Shown here: in pieces, positions 18,000 through 27,565 of the stretch | Layout of the letters: every line of letters begins with the position of its first letter | Numbering within the stretch: the first letter of the stretch is position 1 | DNA from: a virus | Length of the DNA: 64,000 bases | Virus record (IMG/VR): IMGVR_UViG_3300045988_160639 | Strand: one strand, 5' to 3' | Notes under the pieces: generated by a model | Seen by the model: only the letters and a program-made list of their open reading frames with translations | The model's database searches: none | What the model was told of the DNA's origin: nothing | Program-made: the position numbers and the translations under genes

Positions 18000-20791
18000 A
18001 CTTCAACCTCCTGCACAGAATAGTTTTCACCCAAATATGTAACATTGCCGTTTTTATCAGGCATCGGAAACATCACTGTAGTTTTGTTCATTCTAAGTTT
18101 TTCATAAATATATCTACCTATTAACTCCCACATAACATCTTTACTTTTTTGAGGATTATTTATGTAAAAATAGTCAATTACATAATTAAACGCACAACAT
18201 ACGCTTCCGACAGAAGCTATAATATCATATGTATACTTTGAAAAATCAAATATGCCACGTTTATCCTTTTCTTTTTCTGCATTCTCAAACTGTAACTCTC
18301 TATAAAAAAGTAAACATTCATCAATAATTCCTGATACTTTTTTATAATCAGAATTATCATATTCAATATCGTATTTTAAATCTAATACAGCTTTATCAGA
18401 ACTTTCTTCTTTAATCTTTTTTGAAATTTCAAAGTTAATACCCTCTATGTATTTACAAAGCAAATTCATTGAACTATCGCTCATTGTAACAGGCATATAC
18501 TTATAATAATTATCTAAGAAAGTCATTTGTTCTGGGGTCTTTTGACTTAAATCAATTAAAGACTTTAAGGAAATACCAAAACGCTGTTTGCAAGCTGTTT
18601 CATTGCTATCAACATATTTATCATACTTCTTCTTACAATCAGGGTATCTGTATCTAAAGAAATATGGATATTTGTCAAGAAGAATACTATTATAAAACCT
18701 TATTTTCTCTATATCCTCTGGCGTATAGCTGTTCTTTTCAGCCGTTTTATCATCAGTTTTTCGATATTCAACCCATAATTTTGGAATACCCTTAACCTCT
18801 CGTCCCAGTTTAGTCTTATCAATCTGACAGCTCTGTGCTTTACAGCACTGGATTAACCTTGAATATGTAATTCTCCACATATCATTATCTTTGCCATATT
18901 TATCTTCAATTTCTTTAAGTAAAGCGTAAGCATTACTACTCTTATTTGTTATTTGACCAATAATTGAACCAAAACCAAACTTGTCGGCATTCTGAATATC
19001 TTCTTTTGTAAAAATTTTCTTTTCAGGCTTTGGAGCATCATACGTCATTGTTAATTCATTTCTGTAAACACCCTTAATAATTGTGGGGTCAGACGTTGTT
19101 GCTAAAATATCAAGATCAAAATCTGCACCCCCGAAATTCTGCACTGTATGACCAAACCAATTTATTATAATGCCAGTTTTGCAATACCTGTACCATTTCT
19201 CAGTTTCAGCATTCTTTTTTAAATTCATAACAACGTGTTCCGATCTGAAAGTGAGGGGAGACCTCATACCGTCTACCTGTGTTACGTTGCGCTCATTCCA
19301 ATAGTTTGAATAAAATTCATCTTTATCAAGTAATCCAGTTGGTTCAATACCACAAACGTGTTGCATATAAGCATATGGGTCAGATACTAAAGTCTGAAAA
19401 TTACCCTTGACATAAATATCACCCATGCAACCCTTTTTTATTTTATTCTTTATCAAATCCCTTATTTTTGTACGAATAAACTTATCATTCTTCAAATCGG
19501 GATTTACCACAAGTGACTTTAACCAATAATTATCACTACTTCTCAAAAAATTGTTTATGCTTTCTTCTGTATTATTTGCTCCAAGCAAAAACAGCAACAT
19601 ATATTCAAAGTTATCATATGAAACACCCGTTATCCAATCAACAAAAGGCTTGCATAGTTCCTTTATGTCAGTTTCGTTCAAGTTCAAAGTCTGTAAGAAC
19701 TGGTAATTCATCTTTAGAATGTTTTTACACTCTTTAGGTGCATACTGGGGAATACCCCATTTCAAACCGTTTTTGTGGCATTTTTCAAGGTAATCATCGA
19801 CACCATTATAACAATTCCAAAGCTTAAACTGCGATTCAGAAATAATAATGTCGTAATCTCGAAGATCAACTTTTATATAATTTCCACTTTCATCTTTATA
19901 AATCGTATCTACTATGTAATTGCCACCGTTTATTTCTTCACAAAATTCGTGAATGGGGAACGTACAAAGCATACCCTTTATAAAGCTTTGCCTTAATCCA
20001 AATTGTGAGGGTATATAATCTAATCCTAACTCATTAGCCCATTTCTTAGCCTGTCTTGGAGATATAAGTCCCATTCCGTCAGTTCTGTTAAAAGTCTGTG
20101 TAACGGTCTTATCTTCTACTAAATCATCGGTGTTTCCTGCTATCTCAGTTACAAAATGTACGTCAAAGGTATCGGTATTTTCAAAATCTTTAACTACAAT
20201 AAACTTTGGTTCACTTACAACCTGAGTTGCAGAACTGCTAAGTCCAAAATAGGCATTATATTTACTTGCAGCGAGAGGAATATTCTTGTTTCTGTCATTA
20301 TCAAGTCTGTGAATTACTTCATCAATAATATCATCTGGACAAACCACAATAGTTGATTTACGAGCTTGTCCAGCAGAACAACTCAACCTGTGATAAACCT
20401 TGCCGTTTATTTCAACGCCATTTTCACAAATATAATCATAATCTTTTGTGCTTTCCATAACGATAGTTACATAATCTTTTACATATAGCATATCGTCTAT
20501 TTCAGATTGTACTTTGTTTCTGTTAGCAACAATCTTTTCAATGTCATCTTTTCCAAGAGATTTTGAATTTGAAAGCTTTTTATCATAAATTTCTCTGTCT
20601 GTATATAATCCCTCAACCTTATCAAAATCAATAACCTGCCCACGGACTTCTCTTATTGTACGAAGCATCTGACTATCAGCCAATGCAATTACACATTTTA
20701 ATTTTTTAGCTTCATCAAATTCCATATTAATTTTATACCCAAATTCCTTCAGAAGCGAAGATTTAAATTTCAGTGTATATATCTGTCTCAT
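17996..20791 (-). CDS. Single-subunit two-barrel RNA polymerase homolog (YonO / cellular RdRP family)
   Basis: 931 aa. IPSQFGLRQSFIKGML resembles the RdRP-family PSxFQxRxxxxKG barrel motif. MRSPLTFRSEHVV...NFGGADFDLDIL resembles the R-x-P ... (N/G)ADFDGD metal-binding loop of the beta-prime/RdRP barrel. Confidence 0.65.
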   Translation of the reverse strand: MRQIYTLKFKSSLLKEFGYKINMEFDEAKKLKCVIALADSQMLRTIREVRGQVIDFDKVEGLYTDREIYDKKLSNSKSLGKDDIEKIVANRNKVQSEIDDMLYVKDYVTIVMESTKDYDYICENGVEINGKVYHRLSCSAGQARKSTIVVCPDDIIDEVIHRLDNDRNKNIPLAASKYNAYFGLSSSATQVVSEPKFIVVKDFENTDTFDVHFVTEIAGNTDDLVEDKTVTQTFNRTDGMGLISPRQAKKWANELGLDYIPSQFGLRQSFIKGMLCTFPIHEFCEEINGGNYIVDTIYKDESGNYIKVDLRDYDIIISESQFKLWNCYNGVDDYLEKCHKNGLKWGIPQYAPKECKNILKMNYQFLQTLNLNETDIKELCKPFVDWITGVSYDNFEYMLLFLLGANNTEESINNFLRSSDNYWLKSLVVNPDLKNDKFIRTKIRDLIKNKIKKGCMGDIYVKGNFQTLVSDPYAYMQHVCGIEPTGLLDKDEFYSNYWNERNVTQVDGMRSPLTFRSEHVVMNLKKNAETEKWYRYCKTGIIINWFGHTVQNFGGADFDLDILATTSDPTIIKGVYRNELTMTYDAPKPEKKIFTKEDIQNADKFGFGSIIGQITNKSSNAYALLKEIEDKYGKDNDMWRITYSRLIQCCKAQSCQIDKTKLGREVKGIPKLWVEYRKTDDKTAEKNSYTPEDIEKIRFYNSILLDKYPYFFRYRYPDCKKKYDKYVDSNETACKQRFGISLKSLIDLSQKTPEQMTFLDNYYKYMPVTMSDSSMNLLCKYIEGINFEISKKIKEESSDKAVLDLKYDIEYDNSDYKKVSGIIDECLLFYRELQFENAEKEKDKRGIFDFSKYTYDIIASVGSVCCAFNYVIDYFYINNPQKSKDVMWELIGRYIYEKLRMNKTTVMFPMPDKNGNVTYLGENYSVQEVEV

Positions 20792-20828
20792 ATGTTATCG
20801 TCTCCTCAAATTTAATAAAAATCTGTTT

Positions 20829-21578
20829 TCATACATTTGTATTCTTAATTCTTTCTTTAGCAATCTCAAAATATGTATTATCTAATTTAATCCCGATAAA
20901 TTTACGATTAAGATTCTTACAAGCTACTCCCGTTGAACCTGAACCCATTGTAAAATCCAATATAATGTCACTCTTATTGCTAAATGTCTTTATTAACTCT
21001 TCCAATAATGCAACTGGCTTTTGAGTTGGATGAAAATTAGATTTTAAACAATCTCTCTGAAACTTCCACACCTGAGTAGGATATCTCCACCCAGTATCTA
21101 TGTATTCTGTAACCTTATGTTCTTTATTGTCCGACAACTTACCGATAACACCATCTTTTACTTTGTTTGAGCGTGGCTTACCCTCATATTTAATCATCTG
21201 TGGATTATATGTAGGTTGTTTTTCATAAAATATAGATATAGTTTCTACCGTTTTACCAATTCTTCTTTTAACCTGCTGAATATTAGTTAATCTTTCCTTT
21301 TCCCAATAAATATCATATTTATAATCTTTTAGATTAGACATTCTCAACTCAGAGGCAAAAGGCTCTTGCCCAAATAATATAATCGGACTTGTGGATTTGG
21401 CTATTCTTTTCAGCTGCTTCCACATATTATCAAAAGGAATTATAATATCCCAAGAACAGGACGTAGAACCATAAGGCAAATCAGTAATTACACAATCAAT
21501 GCTTTTATTAGGGATATTCTTCATAAGTTCAAGACAGTCACCACACCAAAGAGTAACATCATTCATACTTGTCACCAT
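20829..21578 (-). CDS. DNA methyltransferase (beta-class N6-adenine/N4-cytosine type)
   Basis: DLPYG catalytic motif at the N-terminus, then HPTQKP and FTMGSGSTG (AdoMet motif I) toward the C-terminus. This is the beta-class motif order. Confidence 0.8.
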   Translation of the reverse strand: MVTSMNDVTLWCGDCLELMKNIPNKSIDCVITDLPYGSTSCSWDIIIPFDNMWKQLKRIAKSTSPIILFGQEPFASELRMSNLKDYKYDIYWEKERLTNIQQVKRRIGKTVETISIFYEKQPTYNPQMIKYEGKPRSNKVKDGVIGKLSDNKEHKVTEYIDTGWRYPTQVWKFQRDCLKSNFHPTQKPVALLEELIKTFSNKSDIILDFTMGSGSTGVACKNLNRKFIGIKLDNTYFEIAKERIKNTNV

Positions 21579-21888
21579 CCTTACTACTCTGTATCAGTTT
21601 CCACAAATCCTCCAACGTTTCAGAAGGTACAACATTATTATTTACATCAGTAACTTCCATATCTTCCTTAGTTCCCCATTCTTTTTCGTATATGTACCAT
21701 TCTATCCAACTTTCATCGTCACCGATAATGTCAGAAATAGTCTTTATAATAGGAAACAATGATGTGTTGCCAATAAATTTATCACCAACATCTCCAAATA
21801 ACTCGTTGAATTTGTCGTATATACTTTCCAACGAGTAGTATCTTTCCTTTACAACTGTCATAAGTTTTATAAATTGTTCTTTAGTCAT
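21559..21888 (-). CDS. Hypothetical protein
   Basis: 109-aa ORF overlapping both neighbours by a few codons. Confidence 0.5.
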   Translation of the reverse strand: MTKEQFIKLMTVVKERYYSLESIYDKFNELFGDVGDKFIGNTSLFPIIKTISDIIGDDESWIEWYIYEKEWGTKEDMEVTDVNNNVVPSETLEDLWKLIQSSKDGDKYE

Positions 21889-22310
21889 TTATTATCTTCC
21901 TTTCTTAACCTAACAGCAAAATTACCGCCCACAATATCATATGTAAAATCAATATTCTCAAATTTCATAACTTCCTGTATCTGTGACAGATGAAATAAAT
22001 AAGCTGTCTTACCTTTTCTAATCTCAGATAGTGTATCGTTTATCATTCCAACATAATACTTGTCCAAAGTGTCACCGTCACAAGTCATCTTATGTCTGTC
22101 ATCAACAGGTCTTCTTATAAGTCTCTTATCATGTGATTTACCAGTATTCATACGAAGATTGAACGAAATGCTATCCATAATTTTGCTCATATTCTTAGGG
22201 AAATAGTTGTCACAACAATAGGGAAGACCTCGGCTTGAACAGTTTCTAAATCCGCAAGTAGAACAATCGTAATGCAACCCTACAGAAGCAAATTCCTTGG
22301 CAAAGTTCAT
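21885..22310 (-). CDS. Hypothetical Cys-rich protein
   Basis: 141-aa ORF containing CSTCGFRNCSS...YCCDNY. Confidence 0.5.
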   Translation of the reverse strand: MNFAKEFASVGLHYDCSTCGFRNCSSRGLPYCCDNYFPKNMSKIMDSISFNLRMNTGKSHDKRLIRRPVDDRHKMTCDGDTLDKYYVGMINDTLSEIRKGKTAYLFHLSQIQEVMKFENIDFTYDIVGGNFAVRLRKEDNK

Positions 22311-23365
22311 ACTATACCACCTGCTTCCATAGTGCCAGTTTCCACAAGTTGATTTACAGCCTTGGTAAAATCACGTCTAATATCATCAAACTTGGTTACA
22401 AGGTTCTTCTTACTCTTACAATGTCTGCGTGTCATCAGAGCCTTCCAACTTCTATCGGAACGCATAACCTTATAAACTCTTCTATATGTATAGGCGTTGT
22501 TTACAGATGTGTCGTGATACAGATCAACAAGTGGTTTTATAATTTCTTCTACTGTAAGAGTAGAATAGTCTATGATTGAATTTGTCGTGTTAATGTTATT
22601 ATTTACTTCTGATTTTACAATCGAAGTATCTGAGGTAGTAGTATTCATTTCCAAGAGTTTATTAGCACTATCCATAAACATTCTTATATACTCATCAACA
22701 TCTGCCACAGCATCAATAGTTGAAACACTATCTACCTTATACTTATTACAAAATCTATTCATAGCATAAGACTGATTGAAACCTCTCAGAACCATATCAT
22801 CATAAATTACTTTATATGTATCAGCTATCGGCAGACCAAGAATATTAGATATTGTTTTTATAAGAGGTGTTGCAATGCTGTTCTTCCACAGGTAATAATT
22901 GCACTGTGTGGGAGTAACTAAAGATTTTATCTCCGCAACCTCCTGTCTGAGACTGGTTATCTCAGCAAATAACTCTGCGTTATTATTTGTAACACCATAA
23001 CCACCAGTTTTACGAATAGAGGGAAGAATTTCAGATGTTACCCAGTGTTTAAATTCTTTAGCTCTTGGAAGTTTGCTTGACAAGATAAGACTATAAAGAC
23101 CTGACTCATTGATAATGATGGTTTCCTTATCCTGATTACCATCAAAGATCATAACCTTATGTCTGTCCTCTTCATCTACATGACGGTTAATATCTCGACT
23201 ACCGTTTTGGTACCCGAGCTTGTTAGCCACGTCCTTCCCCACAAACCAAGGTTCTTCATCAATCATCATTGTTCTAATCTGACCAAAATTGGGGTTATTG
23301 AATAATACTATTTCTGTAGTATTTGAGCCTGCTGTATTTACTGTTACTACTGAATTTTCAGTCAT
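22307..23365 (-). CDS. Bro-N domain protein (antirepressor-like)
   Basis: Start reset to MTENSVV at 23365 (AAAAGGAG SD). The segment FGQIRTMMIDEEPWFVGKDVANKLGY matches Bro-N. Confidence 0.7.
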   Translation of the reverse strand: MTENSVVTVNTAGSNTTEIVLFNNPNFGQIRTMMIDEEPWFVGKDVANKLGYQNGSRDINRHVDEEDRHKVMIFDGNQDKETIIINESGLYSLILSSKLPRAKEFKHWVTSEILPSIRKTGGYGVTNNNAELFAEITSLRQEVAEIKSLVTPTQCNYYLWKNSIATPLIKTISNILGLPIADTYKVIYDDMVLRGFNQSYAMNRFCNKYKVDSVSTIDAVADVDEYIRMFMDSANKLLEMNTTTSDTSIVKSEVNNNINTTNSIIDYSTLTVEEIIKPLVDLYHDTSVNNAYTYRRVYKVMRSDRSWKALMTRRHCKSKKNLVTKFDDIRRDFTKAVNQLVETGTMEAGGIV

Positions 23366-23629
23366 TTTTATTATCTCCTTTTTCACATTACATATAGTAT
23401 CGCCACTTAACTCATTACATCTCACTCAGAACCACATCGTCCATATCCTCTGAGCCAAGCCCCGTTTCAATAAATATGTTTCGAGCTGTCAGCAGAATAT
23501 AAGCATATAATTCTGAACTAATCTGAACTGATTTCAGCCACTTTAACTTTAATAGTATAATTTCACTTATAAAGGCGCAAAGTATCTGTATCGTGTGCAG
23601 AGTTGAGTATTTTAGTATCGAGTATCGTA

Positions 23630-23941
23630 TTAATAATTTTCTATTTTAGATAGAATTTCATCAAGCCTATTATTGATGTTATTCATATAACCAACAATAT
23701 CATCAATAGTGTCAAGACTACCATCGGACACCTTTTCTCTGATCATAATCTTACGACAACCTCTGATAAGAGCTTCAATAGAAGAATAGTAACCAATAAT
23801 ATCCTCATAGTCTATTATCTCACCAGTAGGCTTCCTTGTTTTACGGTCAATCTTTTCACGCTTACCACACTCTATAAGAATATACTGATCTGAATCAGCC
23901 GTAAAATAGAAATTATCTGTAATTTTAATTTTATTTGCCAT
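23630..23941 (-). CDS. Hypothetical protein
   Basis: Start reset to MANKIK (the GGAGATGTTAAAAATG context also occurs at 48.15 and 48.57 kb). Confidence 0.55.
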   Translation of the reverse strand: MANKIKITDNFYFTADSDQYILIECGKREKIDRKTRKPTGEIIDYEDIIGYYSSIEALIRGCRKIMIREKVSDGSLDTIDDIVGYMNNINNRLDEILSKIENY

Positions 23942-24000
23942 TTTTAACATCTCCTTTAATATGTGTATTTTAATTTTGAGCCTTCTCTGCTCCTAAGTAT

Positions 24001-24029
24001 AGTATATACTGAAAATTTTAGTCTGTCAA
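24001..24029 (-). promoter_or_regulatory. Sigma-A-type promoter (TTGACA-17-TATACT) reading leftward
   Basis: The reverse complement reads TTGACA gactaaaattttcagta TATACT, upstream of gene 23630-23941. Confidence 0.6.
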
Positions 24030-24062
24030 GTAATTTTCACAATAAATCTTATTATTTGCTTA

Positions 24063-24260
24063 TTATTTAGCAGGAGCAATTACAGAGGCAAACTCTTCAA
24101 CTCCGTATCTCTGTTTAAGTTCTTCCAGCAAAGCCTTAATGTTATTCTCAGCTTGGTCATTGGGAAGTACATATATATTAGGGACATTCCTTGGTTCACC
24201 GTCTATGTAACAACTGCCTGTAGTATATTTGATGAATAGGTTATTCAGCACTTTTATCAT
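24063..24260 (-). CDS. Hypothetical small protein
   Basis: 65-aa ORF overlapping the stop of the upstream gene. Confidence 0.5.
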   Translation of the reverse strand: MIKVLNNLFIKYTTGSCYIDGEPRNVPNIYVLPNDQAENNIKALLEELKQRYGVEEFASVIAPAK

Positions 24261-25446
24261 CGTTCTTCTTAGGGTTTACCTCTAATTCCTCAAAACGAAT
24301 ATTCAAAAGATAATCAGTTAATGCTATTTGAATCTCCACGTAATCAGACTTATACATAAATGGTTCTCTCTCAAAAGGATTATATTTACCCCATTCACCG
24401 TTTTCTTCTGCTTCAGCCTTATCACACTCATATTCAAAGAACCTTGCCTCAGCTTCTTTATATTTCTTTTCTGCCTGTGTATTAAGACATTTAATTATCT
24501 CTTCATTGAGCCGAGTTCTTTTGTCTTCAATAGAAAGCTTTTTTATCTCTTCTTCTTTAAGTGGTATTTGTTTAGCAATATCATCAATGTAAACAACTCT
24601 GAGCTGGGGATAACACTTTTCCCACCCATACTCTTCCTTGACATATTTATTAAACTTTTCATAAAAATCGTCACATTTATAACGGAGCATTATCTCTGTC
24701 ATATTATCATATCCCATTTCCTTGATGATTTTATTTTTTGCTTCAAGTATTATCTTATCTTCATAAGCATTTGACTCTCTATAATTAAGATACTGAGAAT
24801 CTTCATCATCGTCATACTCAGCTATAATATTGACTTTCTTATAATCAATAAGGAATCTATTTTTCATACTCCTAAGAGCTGAATAAAGTATCCTGTTGAG
24901 TTTCTGTTCTGCTCTGAAATAAAAGTTGTTTATATCAAAATTAGAAATCTTGGGACTATTTGTAAAAGCAAATTTATCCTCATTATTCATAATAGTCTGT
25001 CTTAATATCTCATTTGCCTTAGCAGAACCCATTCTGTTTCTAATATCATAACGGTCATTAGTCATACCGAGAATACGATACATTTCTTTGTTACCTAATG
25101 TTACTTTATAATCAACCTGTTTTGAAAGAAACTCTAAAAGCAGCAACTCTATGTACTTTACATAAAGACCTTCTCTGCGTTTACGAGCATCATCGGTAGG
25201 AAATGGTTCATCGTATATCTCATCAATAAAAAATTTCTGTCCTTCCTTATGAAACTCAAAATATCTTTTCCAACGATTAACCTGTGCTTTTTTTGAATTT
25301 CCTGTACACTCTTCTTCTCCAATGAGTTGACACATAATTTTATAATTCTTTATAGTATTATCTTCTTTTTCTTCTACATTGTTTTTTATATATTCTTTGA
25401 ATTTAGTAATATCCAAAGTATTCTTATTATAATCTGTATATACCAT
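24241..25446 (-). CDS. Hypothetical protein, first gene of the leftward operon
   Basis: 401-aa ORF. No motif recognised. Confidence 0.6.
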   Translation of the reverse strand: MVYTDYNKNTLDITKFKEYIKNNVEEKEDNTIKNYKIMCQLIGEEECTGNSKKAQVNRWKRYFEFHKEGQKFFIDEIYDEPFPTDDARKRREGLYVKYIELLLLEFLSKQVDYKVTLGNKEMYRILGMTNDRYDIRNRMGSAKANEILRQTIMNNEDKFAFTNSPKISNFDINNFYFRAEQKLNRILYSALRSMKNRFLIDYKKVNIIAEYDDDEDSQYLNYRESNAYEDKIILEAKNKIIKEMGYDNMTEIMLRYKCDDFYEKFNKYVKEEYGWEKCYPQLRVVYIDDIAKQIPLKEEEIKKLSIEDKRTRLNEEIIKCLNTQAEKKYKEAEARFFEYECDKAEAEENGEWGKYNPFEREPFMYKSDYVEIQIALTDYLLNIRFEELEVNPKKNDDKSAE

Positions 25447-25665
25447 TTTATATCTACCTCACTTTTGTCTGTTAAATTTGTACAAACCCGTTAATCCATA
25501 CTTAACTTATTACTTCGTGAAACTTATAAGTATAAAAATTGTCCAATTATATGTTTTATATATACTATAATATACTATTATCTTAAATTTGGACAATTTT
25601 TATTATTCGTTTTTATCATCTCCTTTATTATTAGTAAAAGTTATAATTCGCCCTTTTTTCTTTTG

Positions 25666-25779
25666 CTACTTTTCTTTTTTGGGCGATAGTCGGCTATTTC
25701 ACATAGTTTTATGAGGCTTTGCGTAGCAAAGACCATAAAACGTGAAATGGACGAGTTTGTCAGCAAAAAAGAAAAGTAG
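25666..25779 (-). promoter_or_regulatory. 114-nt imperfect long hairpin in the 5' leader of the leftward operon
   Basis: Basal stem of 16 perfect bp (CTACTTTTCTTTTTTG / CAAAAAAGAAAAGTAG), internal stems TTTCAC/GTGAAA and TTTTATG/CATAAAA, and apical CTTTGC-GTA-GCAAAG. Lies between the promoter at 25823-25850 and the ATG at 25446. Confidence 0.6.
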
Positions 25780-25822
25780 ATTTTCAAATCTTATTACTTA
25801 CTTATAATATATCCACAATACT

Positions 25823-25850
25823 ATTATATCATATTTCATAAAAATGTCAA
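25823..25850 (-). promoter_or_regulatory. Sigma-A-type promoter (TTGACA-16-TATAAT) reading leftward
   Basis: The reverse complement reads TTGACA tttttatgaaatatga TATAAT. Confidence 0.6.
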
Positions 25851-26040
25851 GCGCTTTTTTGTTTGATTGAATTTTATCTTTTACTTAAATATCTTAAATA
25901 TGATGCGTACAATGACCTGTAGCTTATAAAAGTTTATAAATTTTTCATAAAAACACAAGAAAACAATCTGTAATTTTTATAACCTTCGATTTATTTCTAT
26001 GAATTTATGATGTTTACTTGATTTGAGATACTTCTGATAT

Positions 26041-26575
26041 ATTAAATATAGGTTTGATCTTTGATACTTTTGATTGATTTTTATAGTATTCGGAGAAAAT
26101 TTAGAATTTATCGGTGTTTGAGCGATTTAGATTTTGTGTTAATTTTTGAAGTGTTTGACATGTGATTTGAAGTGAATAGGTTGTATTTTGGGTTTAGAGT
26201 TGAGTGCAAATGAAGTATTGTGTATTATTCTTGAGATACTTGTATTAGGCTCTGTGATTAGATTTGAGAGGCATTTGTGTGGGTAGGATAATTTGTTGTT
26301 TGAAATGGTAAAGTGAGTGTAGAGTGTTCTGTGGTTTGTCTGAGAGTGCAGTGTGAGTATGGATTTTGAGTTCTTGAGATAGATATGTTTTGAGGTTGTT
26401 ATTGTTGGTCTGTAAGTGAGATAAATAGGGGAGTCAGCCGAAGAATAGTATCGAATGATTTTTGAGATATTTTTGGAATATTTTTTTGGATTATGAGAAT
26501 GGATCATGAGAAAAAGAAATTATGGATGAGTGTCAATTTGGATTTTTAGACGTGTGAGTTGAGTGGAACTACTAT
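26041..26575. other. C-depleted (G/T/A) arm of the non-coding hub
   Basis: A manual count gives roughly 20 C in about 530 nt of the plus strand, with abundant G. TGAG and TTGAGATA recur many times. A possible plus promoter is TTGATA-17-TAGTAT at 26061-26089. Confidence 0.7.
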
Positions 26576-26778
26576 ACTCTTCTAAGCAAATATTAACAAA
26601 CTTTTAAATGTAAACACACCCCCCCTGTACTGCCGATTCTATGTTATTTTTGTCCCAAAAGCAACATAGACAGTAATATTTTAGAAATATTTCTACTAAC
26701 ATTTCTTAATGAATTTTAAAGCTAATTTTATTAACATTTCTTGAATTTTTTATATAAATATTGTTGCCGGTAGCATTG

Positions 26779-26829
26779 AAAATAATGACTAACGGTCACT
26801 TTTTCAAATAATGACTAATGGTTACTTTT
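26779..26829. repeat. Two tandem ~25-bp direct repeats (AAATAATGACTAAYGGTYACTTTT)
   Basis: Read directly. The first copy contains the palindrome TGAC-N5-GTCA. Confidence 0.7.
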
Positions 26830-26900
26830 AGTGGTTCGCTAACGTTGTTAATTTATTTAACACTGTTAAATAATTAAAACCAAATTAAAGCATAATAAAG

Positions 26901-26930
26901 AAAACAAGAGAAAATAAGAGAAAACAAAAG
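26901..26930. repeat. 3 x 10-bp tandem repeat (AAAACAAGAG / AAAATAAGAG / AAAACAAAAG)
   Basis: Read directly. The period is one helical turn. Confidence 0.7.
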
Positions 26931-26940
26931 CTTACAAGAG

Positions 26941-27350
26941 ATATTTTAAAAAATACATCATAATACATCATAATATATCATAATACATAAGCCTATTTCT
27001 CTAATCGCCAATCCATAACAGCATTAAACTATACCACATTACTATAAATTACACCACATAACCATATATAACCACACCTAAACAGTACATAAATAACCAT
27101 CTTCAAATCTGCTCTGCTCTTCAGGTAAGCTCAACCTCTTCCGCTCAGGCACTTTCATATTTTGCAAAATAGCCAAATTTCACGTCCCAAAACTATGCAA
27201 TGTCACAACATAAATATATCTAACAAATCACATAATTATTACTAAATTATAAACGTCAATTATTGATTATCAATAACAAAATATCAATTCGCAATAAAAT
27301 TATATCAAATAACAATAAATCACGCACACGCCATTTTAACGCACCTGTTA
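26941..27350. other. G-depleted (A/C/T) arm of the non-coding hub
   Basis: A manual count gives only a few G per 60-nt line on the plus strand. Contains ACCACA-type repeats and the palindrome TTATTGAT-T-ATCAATAA at 27260-27276. Confidence 0.7.
26952..26991. repeat. 4 x 10-bp tandem repeat (AATACATCAT), iteron-like
   Basis: AATACATCAT AATACATCAT AATATATCAT AATACATAAG, read directly. Confidence 0.75.
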
Positions 27351-27565
27351 GGGTAATTATACCACTATAAACAAAACGTCATACAGCGCATTGTAGCAGC
27401 ATTTACGACGATTTTATCCGCTTCCAGTCTGATTATACAATATGCACAATACACTGCCGTTATATTTATATATTATACCTATTGACATTTCAATATTGCA
27501 CGTTCTAATTGCATTTGGCTATTAGCTCCGACGCTTATACAAATACTTTATTGCGTTAAAATATA

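Noticed and set aside
26139-26507. 122-aa minus-strand ORF inside the non-coding hub
   Set aside because: The minus strand here is almost devoid of G, so TAG and TGA cannot occur and long open frames arise by chance. There is no SD, and the translation is rich in His/Ser/Thr/Asn/Lys/Ile (biased composition).
26901-26991. Possible CRISPR array
   Set aside because: The repeats are 10-bp units in direct tandem with no spacers. There is no repeat-spacer periodicity and no cas genes.
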